DNA of 62,754 nucleotides, filler included, from Chrysochromulina tobinii (lineage: Eukaryota), in the NCBI GenBank assembly GCA_001275005.1. It is 8 parts of 8 records of this genome, joined end to end, with 100 filler letters (N's around TTAATTAATTAA, not from the genome) between each part and the next. Parts side by side here need not be neighbours in the genome. Positions count along the whole stretch, not along the records: positions 23,396 to 34,973 come from JWZX01001235.1; positions 35,074 to 44,704 come from JWZX01001236.1; 6 more parts are not named here. One strand, written 5' to 3'. The notes beneath the pieces are model-generated. The model was not told the origin of the DNA. It searched no databases and saw nothing but the letters and a program-made list of their open reading frames with translations. Of this stretch, positions 31,900 through 41,600 are shown in pieces. Each line of letters opens with the position of its first letter. Position 1 is the first letter of the stretch. Made by a program: the position numbers and the translations under genes.

Positions 31900-34044
31900 C
31901 TATCGCCCGGTCAGCAGACTGGGTGGCAGGCTGGGCGGTGTCAGTGCTGTATTGCCTGCGGGTGACCCATTTGGCTGTGCTGCCTTGCCTGCGAGTGAGA
32001 CTCGCGGCTCTGGTTGGGGCGAAGCATAGCGTTTCCACACCGGATGATTCGGACGCCTCAATCGAGGGGGAAGCAAATCTCCGATAAAGTTGAGCGCTAC
32101 TTGCCGATTGATCATGAGTTCCATTTGCGCCTCGAGCTGCTCTCTCTCCAGAAGCTCCCTTTCCCGGATCTCTTCCATCTTCTTCGTCGCCTCGAGTAAA
32201 GCGGTCCGCGCCTGAGCGGCAGCATTAAGTTCCTTATAATTCCTCTTGATCTTTGATCCAGTCGCCCCGCCGGAGCGAATATTCTTCACATACTTCTCGA
32301 TGTCGATCCCAGGATCGCCTCCTGTTGCGCGAACGAATCGTCGGAGTACCTTGCTGTAGGGTTGGAAGTACCTTGCTGCCTCATCTGCCGCTTTGTGATC
32401 CTTCGGATCGGCCGGTGCAGCCGCTCGGAAAGTAGCATCAGCCACGTCGTTGGTTGCTACCGCTGCTGCTGGCTCGTCGTCTGCTGCTTGAGCTTGCGCA
32501 CCACCACCTGCAGCGACTGCATGGGGCGCAGCCACGGCGAGGGTTCCTTTGACCCTGTGATGTTGCAACGATGAAGATAGCTCGTCCATGAGGTTGTCTA
32601 CGTTTTTGTCGTCGTTGAGCGGTGCTTTGGCACTCTGCTGCCGCTGAACTTTTCGTTTCGATTTCCTCTCTTGTGCGGTCTCGATGCTCGGTAGAAAACG
32701 ATGGTCCATGACAGTCTGCTTCGGTGCACGCGAGGGGTCTCGCTGGTGTGTATGAAGCTGCGGGAGTAAACTCGCCTCCGTAGCGGTCTGCCCTGATGCA
32801 CGCGCCGGCGAGGCCGCAGGCGATCGCACTCGTGAGCGGCCACCATACGTCGAGAGCAGTTGCTCGCTCTTCGAGGTCCGCATAAGCGCTGCTGCGGACA
32901 GATCCCTGTCACCCTCGAATGACCGTTGCACCGCACGCAGCTTGCCAGCGGAGCTCAGCGCGGGCAGCGCGGTGCTCCTTCGACCTGCACGCTGCAGCTC
33001 TCGAAGCTCATTTTCGAGCTCGATGTTCCGTGCCGCAATTGATGAGAGCCTAGTGCGTGCACCTCGCAGCTTGCTGACCAGCTCAGTTGCAGCTCGGAGC
33101 TTACACATTTCTTCTTCTGTAGCAGGACGTTCCTCAGTCAGCTTCAGCTCACGAGCAAGATTGCGCTGCGCCTCGTCAAGCTCTTGGGCAAGCTTCTCCT
33201 GATGTTGCGCGAGCTGCTCCACCGACGATAGCAGGTCGCTCTCCACTTTTCGCGCCTCCCCGGCGCGCCGGTCAACCGCCTCGCGTCGATTGTCTTCTAG
33301 CTTAGTAAGGATTGTCGATGACTTGCCAACAGACGTGGCCGAAGCGCGTAGGGTGGCACGTGCAGCCGCGGCTGCCTCCTCCTTGCGGATGCGCTCTGCC
33401 TCCGCTGCCTCCACCGCTGCACGTGCTGCAGCTGCCGCTGCTTCGGCCGCCGCCACCGCCTCCGCTGCCGCCGCCTCCGCTGCCGCTGCCTCTGCTGCCG
33501 CCGCCGCCCCCGCATCTGCCCCCTCGTCCGTAGCCGCCTCAACGGGTGTCTCTGCGGGCGGCGTGGCCGCCGCTTCCGCCGCTTCCACCGCTTCCGCCGC
33601 AGGCACCGCCTCTGCCGCCGCTGCCGCCTCCGCAGAATCCGCTGCCGCAGACTCCGCAGCCGCAGACTCCACAGCCGATGCCTCCGCCGCTGCTGCTGCC
33701 GCTGCCGCCGCCTCCTTTGCCACCGCCGCTGCCGCTGCCGCTGCCGCTGCCTCAGCAGAATCCGCAGCTGCAGACTCCGCCGACGCTGCTTCCGCAACCG
33801 CTGCCTCCGCAGCCGCTGCCTCCGCCGCCGCCGCTGCCGCTGCCGCCGCCTCCTTTGCCGCCGCCGCTGCCGCTGCCGCCGCCGCCGCCTCCTCGGCGCG
33901 CCGGTCAACCGCCTCGCGTCGATTGTCGTCTAGCTTAGTAAGGATTGTCGATGACTTGCCAACAGACGTGGCCGACGCGCGTAGGGTGGCACGTGCTGCC
34001 GCGGCTGCCTCCTCCTCGCGGATGCGCTCAGCCTCGGAACTCAT
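31900..34044 (-). CDS. Ala/Glu-rich coiled-coil hypothetical protein
   Basis: 714-aa ATG-initiated ORF with heptad-rich segments and an internal duplication. Confidence 0.65.
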   Translation of the reverse strand: MSSEAERIREEEAAAAARATLRASATSVGKSSTILTKLDDNRREAVDRRAEEAAAAAAAAAAAKEAAAAAAAAAEAAAAEAAVAEAASAESAAADSAEAAAAAAAAAVAKEAAAAAAAAAEASAVESAAAESAAADSAEAAAAAEAVPAAEAVEAAEAAATPPAETPVEAATDEGADAGAAAAAEAAAAEAAAAEAVAAAEAAAAAARAAVEAAEAERIRKEEAAAAARATLRASATSVGKSSTILTKLEDNRREAVDRRAGEARKVESDLLSSVEQLAQHQEKLAQELDEAQRNLARELKLTEERPATEEEMCKLRAATELVSKLRGARTRLSSIAARNIELENELRELQRAGRRSTALPALSSAGKLRAVQRSFEGDRDLSAAALMRTSKSEQLLSTYGGRSRVRSPAASPARASGQTATEASLLPQLHTHQRDPSRAPKQTVMDHRFLPSIETAQERKSKRKVQRQQSAKAPLNDDKNVDNLMDELSSSLQHHRVKGTLAVAAPHAVAAGGGAQAQAADDEPAAAVATNDVADATFRAAAPADPKDHKAADEAARYFQPYSKVLRRFVRATGGDPGIDIEKYVKNIRSGGATGSKIKRNYKELNAAAQARTALLEATKKMEEIRERELLEREQLEAQMELMINRQVALNFIGDLLPPRLRRPNHPVWKRYASPQPEPRVSLAGKAAQPNGSPAGNTALTPPSLPPSLLTGR
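33261..34035. repeat. About 142-bp direct repeat (33261-33403 and 33894-34035) flanking a GCC/GCT triplet expansion
   Basis: Both copies encode AERIRxEEAAAAARATLRASATSVGKSSTILTKLxDNRREAVDRRA. Confidence 0.9.
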
Positions 34045-34481
34045 GAAGCATCGACGACTGTTTCACTTTTGTTCTAGAAACGACGCCGACGGAACGCAGC
34101 TGCCTACATTATTCTTCCTCTACTGCCCCTGGGGCATGGGGCATGTTCCAGCTTTTTCGCACGAACCTTGAAAGCTCCGATGGATTCCACAGCCTACTAC
34201 ATGTAACAGGGTATTACCTGTTGCGAACATGTTCCACAGCCGACTACAGGGTCGTACAATCAGTTGAGTGCCCGATGCTCAGTATGTGGACAGAGTCGTC
34301 TGCACTACCCTTGGCCTGGCCGCTCGAGCGCTGAGGCGCATGCTCATTGAGCGCTCCCACGCCCAGAGCCGTGCCGATTGCTGATTGTCCCTCCGACGAT
34401 ATCGCGCGACTCATCGCGCGCTACCCGCCCGCCCGCCTTCTTACGCAGACCACATCACGGACTTCAACACACCGACCCGAG

Positions 34482-34973
34482 ATGGCACCCAAGGTCGTTG
34501 ACGGTGACGAGGAGGAAGCTGAGCCGCTCAAGAACGACGTCTTCGGAAGCGTCATCCAGACCATCAAGGGCAAAAGACTCCCCGGTGGTATTCGCAACTC
34601 GGTCACCATCTATGAGAATGGGGCATTGATTACGTCTCTGCAGACTTACGATGCGCCGGGTTGCGGCTTTAAGCAAGGATGCGTCCCTTATATGAAGGGA
34701 TGCAGTGGCTCTCGCAGCTGTCCGATGTACTTCTGCACATGCTGCCCATTGAACGAGGCTCGCTTCATGATTCCCAAGCACCGCTTCATGGGTGCCTACC
34801 TCAAAAAGCAGATGTGCTGTGGTGGCTGCTGCACGTGCTGCGTCCCAACGCTTACCTCGATCATCTTCGAGCTGACGGACGACGTGGAGGTGATGTTCAT
34901 TATGAACGGCAAGCTGAAGGATGAGGAGTACAACGCCATCTTCTCCTTTGTCTACGGCTCGCTCACGACCACC
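34482..34973 (+). CDS. Cys-rich hypothetical protein, 3'-partial
   Basis: MAPKVVDGDEEEAEPL...FCTCCP...MCCGGCCTCCVP..., with strong GC3 bias, running into the gap. Confidence 0.65.
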
Positions 34974-35073
34974 NNNNNNNNNNNNNNNNNNNNNNNNNNN
35001 NNNNNNNNNNNNNNNNNTTAATTAATTAANNNNNNNNNNNNNNNNNNNNNNNNNNNNNNNNNNNNNNNNNNNN

Positions 35074-37694
35074 TCTTCGAGCCCGACGTGAAGAACGAAG
35101 AGGGACGCCAGGAGGTGATCCAGGCCCTGGGCATCATGGAGCTGCTCGGCGGCGGGCATGCCTCCGGCTGGTGCTTCGATGGCAGCAAGATCCTCTACTC
35201 TTCATCTGCGCTCGCGCTGCCAATGGGGAGCACCACGGCCACGTGGCAGGGTGGGGAAGAGAGGCTGACGGGCTTGGCCTTCGCGGGCACGAAGCGCCAG
35301 GTCACTGTGACGCTCAGCTTCGCGGCCACCCTGCAGGCAGGCGAGCGCTTCGCGAGCACGGACTTTGGACTTCGCGCAGACGACCGTAAGCACCTCGCTG
35401 TCCTCGACGTGTGCTTCAAGCATGCGTCGACGAGCGTGGGGCTCAAGGCCCTGGGCACGGCTCTCTTCGATGCTCGCAGCCAGCGCGCGTGGGCCTCTAT
35501 TCGGGCCATCGGGCAAAACAAGACTTTCGAGCTGTGGAAAGGCAAACGGCAGACGATTGTGATGACAGCCAAGGGCCCGATGATGCAGCTCGACGCGGCG
35601 GCGCGAGTGATGCTTTCGGGCCTCAAACTCGACGACTTCGTGTCCAAGCTAGTGAGGAAGCAACCTGAGCAGCTCCAGATGGAGGATTTCGCCAAGCTCG
35701 ATAGAATGCTGCGCGAGAAAAAGTTCAAGGTCAAGATCAGCTCCACCCACTGCCGGCGATCCTTCATTCTACGCGGCATCGACATCGAGCCATGCTCCCG
35801 CTCGATGTTCCCTTGCACCGACGCCGACGGCAAGGAGACGGAGATGAGCGTGGCCGCCTACTTCGCGGACAAGTACCCCGACCATCCGCTGAAGCGCCCC
35901 ACCCAGTGGCCCTGTGTGTGCGTGGGCCCCGCCAACGACCCGCACAAGAACCGCATCCCCCTCGAGCTCTGCTCTATCATCACAGGCCAGCCCGCGCCCG
36001 TCACGCCGGAGATCCAGGCGGAGATGATCACGGCGACGGCCGACGGGCCCGAGAGTCGTTTCAAATTCATCGAGGGGGTCCACCGCGACATGCTCCAGGA
36101 CGTCGCGGCCAACGCGACACCCATGGCATTCGAGATCGACTTCGGCAAGCAGCTGATCGAAGCCGAGGCCACCATCCTTCGCTCGCCCGTCCTCCAATAC
36201 AAAGCGTCGGGACAGAGGAACTCGCCGCTCCAAGATGTGCAGGTTATGTCAGGCAAGGGTGAGTGGAACCTACGGGCAGGCTCCGGCGATCTGGGCTTCT
36301 ACCAGCCGGGGCGCGTCGATGGCTTCGCCGTTGTCAAGTTCGAGCGTGCCGACGATAGACTCGTGAACACCTTCATCGATAAGCTCATGGGATTCGCGCG
36401 CTCGCGTGGCATGGACATTGGCCGGCAGGAAGGCACAATCGTCGACCTCTCTTCCCACCGCCATGGCGAGGCGATCGAGAAGGCGTTGGATACGGCTATC
36501 CGCCGGCTAGGTACTCGCGTCGGTCTGGTCATCTGCTTCATCGGCGACAAACAAGCGATGAATGCTAAGGAGCTCTACCCGGCGATCAAACGCTGGTCCC
36601 ATGTCATCGGGTGCATCCCCACGCAGTGCGTGCAGGTCGGCAAGGCGACTGGCCCAAAGCTGGGGACGAGCCCGCAGTACCACGCAGGCGTGCTGCTCAA
36701 GATCAACCTCAAGCTTGGCGGTGCTAACTGCATCTGCAAGGCGCCTGATGGCCTCGGAATTTTGCGTGCAGCGCCTACAATGGTCATGGGGTTCGACATC
36801 AACCACCCTCAGCCGGGCTCGAACAAGCCGTCGTATTCGGCGCTCGTGGCGGCGCTGGACATCGAGTGCACCAAGTTCCACACGGTCATCGGCTCGCAAA
36901 GGTCGCGTACCGAGGTCGGCGAGAGATCGGACGAGATCGTGGGGTTCGTCGATAAAGTGCGCGAGTGCCTTCGCGCGTTCCACCGCTTGAACGGTACGCA
37001 TCCGCGGCGTATCCTCTTCTATCGGGACGGCGTGGCGCACAACCAATTCGAGGCGGTGAAGCGCGTCGAGGTTGGGCGCATCTTCGAAGCATGCCGCGAC
37101 GAGGGAAAAGACTACGTGCCCGAACTCACCTTCATCGTCGTGCAGCAACGCACGGCCGCTCGCTTCGCACAGCAGAATAAGTCGCAGCTGCTCCCAGGGA
37201 CCATCGTCACCTCGGACGTCGTCGGCAATGACGGGTGTGTGGCTGTCCCCTTACCCCTTCGACCTCGGTGGCGATGACTCCTCGGTGACGATGACTCCCC
37301 ACTGCCTGCCGCTCACCCGATGTCTGCGTGCCCACGTGCCTGTGTGCACAGCATGGACTGGTACATGGTCTCCCAAAAGGGCCTGAAGGGTACCTCGCGC
37401 CCCACGCACTACCACATCCTCCAAGCCGATTTCGGCGCGCCCGCCGAGCTTCAGCAGCTCACCTTCGACCTATGCCACCTCTATGCGCGCGCGACCAAAG
37501 TCGTGAGCCGGCCGGCGCCCGTGTACTACGCGCATCGCGCCGCCTTCCTTGCACAGTATTACAAGGACGGCTACCGCGAGGAGAACATGTTTGAGGTAGG
37601 CTCGACGACGTCGCACGGCTCCAGGGGCTCCGGTGGGTCTCTGCAGAGCATCGTGCTCGGCATTAACATCTGCAACACAGTCTACTTTGCGTGA
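35074..37694 (+). CDS. AGO: Argonaute (PAZ-MID-PIWI), 5'-partial, with one intron at 37235-37351
   Basis: PAZ MSVAAYFADKY...IPLELC; MID YPAIKR..CIPTQCV..KINLKLGG; PIWI GFDINHP, YRDGV, GTSRPTHY, CHLYARATKVVSRPAPVYYAH. A GT-AG intron joins the two ORFs as ND-G-MDWY. Confidence 0.96.
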
Positions 37695-37739
37695 CCGCCT
37701 CTGGTGAGAGAGTGACTGGAGCTATTGCCAGTTCATGTG

Positions 37740-38016
37740 GTCACAAGGGCTCGAGATGAGCCCAGGTCGGGGGCAGTGCTGCGGGCATGACTGGGGGCGA
37801 GTCGGCTCCGTCACAAGGGCTCGAGATGAGCCCAGGTCGGGGGCAGTGCTGCGGGCATGACTGGGGGCGAGTCGGCTCCGTCACAAGGGCTCGAGATGTA
37901 GGTCGGGGGCAGTGCTGCGGGCATGACTGGGGGAGTTGGCTCCGTCACAAGGGCTCGAGATGTAGGTCGGGGGCAGTGCTGTCAGCAGCGCTGCGGGCAT
38001 GACTTGGGGCGAGTCG
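37740..38016. repeat. 70-bp minisatellite, about 4 copies, just downstream of the Argonaute stop codon
   Basis: Unit gtcacaagggctcgagatgagcccaggtcgggggcagtgctgcgggcatgactgggggcgagtcggctcc. Copies start at 37740, 37810, 37880 and about 37944; later copies carry indels. Confidence 0.92.
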
Positions 38017-38678
38017 TCGTATGTGCTACAGTACGTCGTATGTGCGCGAAGAATGGTGGTGGAGTATAACCAAAATCGTTCTGTTATTGGTTTTGGCGTA
38101 AGCGCGCCAAGGAATAAGCGGTGATTGGTTTCGTTGGTCGTTAGAGCGTGTATGGTTCTGAGGTACCGTTTCCGCACCATGTTCCGGCTTCCGCACAGCC
38201 TCCCGCACCTGGTCCTTGCTAGAGGCGAGGCCGACGCCTCGTTCCTCGTTCGCTTCCGTTCAACATGTACGGGTCCGTAGGAGTCGAGTCCACACTCAGT
38301 ATTACGCAATTGAAATGGCGAAGGATGTCCAGCATGATGGCGGAGCTGAAGTGGTAGCGCTTAACACGTGGGGGGCATCAGTCAGAGCCCACGATACATC
38401 AGTGAGGCTGTCCACGCGGTTGCCTCGGGAGAGCTCACACAACAGTCCACGCCATGGCCCATGCCGCACGCGCGGTCACTGTGACGGCCTCGTTGCGGCG
38501 CGATTTTTTATTCGTTTAAGCGTCGCGTAGCGCTTATCGATCGCCTGGTTGTGGCGTTCCTGCTCGCGTCGTGGCGGTCGATACCGCTTGTACCCGGCGC
38601 GATTCTATTCATAAAAATTCGTAGCGGTGCGCGATCATACTATTGATAATACGCGGGCTTCGGCTCCGTTGTATGCGG

Positions 38679-41600
38679 TTACATTTCACGATAACACACG
38701 CGCTGGCTCGTCGAAGCATAGTACACCCCGCCGGTGAAAGTCGCGTAGCATGGAGCAGCATGTACTACCGATGGCAGCGACGGCGGTGCGCCGTGATGGG
38801 CACTTGCATGCGAGGGCGGCGGGGCGTTGGGTGGCCACGCGCCCGAAAGCGGCGGCGGTGCGCTCGAGTAGGGTGGTGGCGGGTAGGCACTCGGCGGGTA
38901 GGGGCTAGTGGCGGGAAGGGCGGGTAGTGGCGGGTAGGCACTCGGCGGCGGCAGATACATGGGCTGCCCAGGATCGCGCATACACGTGCCGCTCAGTCGA
39001 GGATCGTCGACGCATCGCCATGTGCCGTGCTGCACGCAGGGAATCGCCATGGCATGCGCAAGCGACCATGTGGCGCCGTGATGGGCACTTGCATGCGGCC
39101 AAGTGGCGGATGAGCTGCTGCTGCTGCTGCCAGCTGCATCGGAGGCAGAGCCGGTCGGACCAGCTGCATCGGAGGCAGAGCCGGTCGGAACCGATGATGG
39201 ATGAGAGAGGCAATCAGCATGCAATGATGGATGAGAGAGAACAGTCGGCGGCCCCTCGGCTTCCCCTTGAGGCGCATGCAAGTGCCCATCACGGCGCGTC
39301 GCATGCAATGATGGATGAGAGAGAACAGTCGGCGGCCCCTCTGCTTCCCCTTGAGGCGCATGCAAGTGCCCATCACGGCGCGTCTCGGCTTCCCCTTGAG
39401 GCGCATGCAAGTGCCCATCACGGCGCGTCTCTGCTTCCCATGCTTCCATCCGCCGAGCATCGTCCGCCAGGCGGCGTGCGGGCTCGGCGAGGTCTCGAAG
39501 CGCAAGCGCATCGCCGACGAACGCGGCGTCACAGCCGGCAGCGGGCGGCCGCCTCGGCAGCACCGCCTGGCTGCAACGGTCGTAGGCGAGCTCGGCGTCG
39601 TCGCCGCCCGCGACGGCGGCGGCGACACGCCCCCCGGTCGCAGCATGCAAGTGCCCATCGCGGCGCGTCTCTGCTTCAAACGGGGGTGCAGCATGCAAGT
39701 GCCCATCGCGGCGCGTCTCTGCTTCAGACGGGGGCGCAGCATGCAAGTGCCCATCGCGGCGCGTCTCTGCTTCAGACGGGGGCGCAGCATGCAAGTGCCC
39801 ATCGCGGCGCGCCTCCGCTCCAAACGCAGTTGGCTTGCCATCTCGATCCGACGGGGGCGCAGCATGCAAGTGCCCATCGCGGCGCGTCTCTGCTTCAGAC
39901 GGGGCAGCATGCAAGTGCCCATCGCGGCGCGTCTCTGCTTCAGACGGGGCAGCATGCAAGTGCCCATCGCGGCGCGTCTCTGCTTCAGACGGGGGCGCAG
40001 CATGCAAGTGCCCATCGCGGCGCGCCTCCGTTCCAAACGCAGTTGGCTTGCCATCTCGATCCCACGCGATTGGGACTGTGAGCCGATCTCGTCGGAGATT
40101 GGCGAGATGGCGCCGGAGATCGGGGGGCTCATGCCGTGGCGTCCGGGCGCCGTCGTGGGCGTGGTGGCGCTCGTGCAGCAGCGTGCAGCGCCAGCCGTTT
40201 GGGCACCAACCCTCCTGAAACGCACGGCAAAGGCGCTTGGGTGTGGCCATATGAGGAAGGCACGGGCGCTTGGGGTTGGCCATATTAGGAAGGCTCGGGC
40301 GTTTGAGTGCGGCCGCGCTGCCGCCGCTGCTGCCGCTGCTGCTGCCGCTGCTGCCGCTGCTGCCGCTGCTGCTGCTGCTGCTGCTGCCGCCGCTGCTGCT
40401 TGCACCCGGTGTCTCGGCCCGGTGGGAGTGAGTCGGCTTCAACCTGTGGGGAAACGGCGCTGTGGTGAGCACTTGCATGCAAGGCAGGTCATCAGTGGCA
40501 ATCAGGAGTGAGTCGGCTTCAACCTGCACGTCGCCGAAGGGACAGCTTCGGTCACCTCCGCCGCCTCTGCCGCCGCGCGCTCCGCCCCAATGTGCATCGC
40601 GTAGCATAAGGCCGCCGCCTCCTCCTCGGGCGTCGCGAAGGTGCCGAGGTGACGCTGCTTGCCTTTATCATTGATCTTAGCTTGGTACTTACCACCATGA
40701 TTCGACACGCCCTTGAAACCCGTCTCACAGCTCGACGACGGCAACAGCTCGGGGCCCTCGGCCGCCGCATGCATCGACGGACCTGTGGGGAGCATGGCGC
40801 CGTTGTGAGCACTTGCATGCAGGGCCTTCAGCCGCCGCCTGCATCGACGGACCTGACTCCGACAACATCTCCCACAGCACCTGGGCCGCTGCAACCTGCT
40901 GCAGCCTGCTGTTGACTGCTGCCTGGGCCGCTGCAGCCTGCTTTCCTAAAATGGCCGCTGCAGCCCTCTGCGCTGCGCCTTGCTGCTGCGGCCCGTACGG
41001 AGTCTGCAGCCTGCTGCTGCCTGCTGCAGCCTGCCTTCTTAATATGGCCGCTGCAGCCTGCTGCGCTGCGCCTTGCTGCTGCGGCTCGTACGGAGTCTGC
41101 TGCTGAGTCTGCAGGGATGCTGGGAGCGAGGGGGTAGTCGACGTCACCTGTAGGGAGAGAGAGGAGGGGGCGCCGTTGTGGGCGCTTGCATGCTTGGGGC
41201 CAAGGAGGTAGTCGTCGCCACTCCGGTGAGAGGAGGGGGCGCCGTTGTGGGCGCTTGCATGCTTGGGGCCAAGGATGTAGTTGTCGCCACTCCGATGAGC
41301 TCGGCACGCTCGACCCATATTAGGCACTCCGAGGGCCCTGTTCCCTTGCATGCAAGTGCTCAATCCGGTGAGCTCGGCACGCACCTCGAGCGAGGTTCGC
41401 ATCTCGCCCGCCAATGGCACGAGGTGCGCGGGCAGCTCGAGACGCACCTGATGAGGGAGGCCATTGCATGCCATCAGATGAGGGAGGCCATTGCATGCCA
41501 TCGGATGAGGGAGGTGCGCGGGCAGCTCGAGGCGCACCTCGAACGGCCCCGATGACAACCGGCCGACGCCAAAGTGCGCGCCGCTCGGCACGCCGCGCAC

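Noticed and set aside
37235..37351. Argonaute intron as another junction-duplication intron
   Set aside because: It has an internal tandem duplication (cctcggtgRcgatgactcc), but the similarity to flanking exons is too weak to claim.
37740..38016. Repeat array beside Argonaute as a CRISPR-like guide array
   Set aside because: The units are contiguous tandem copies with no unique spacers, and there are no cas genes.
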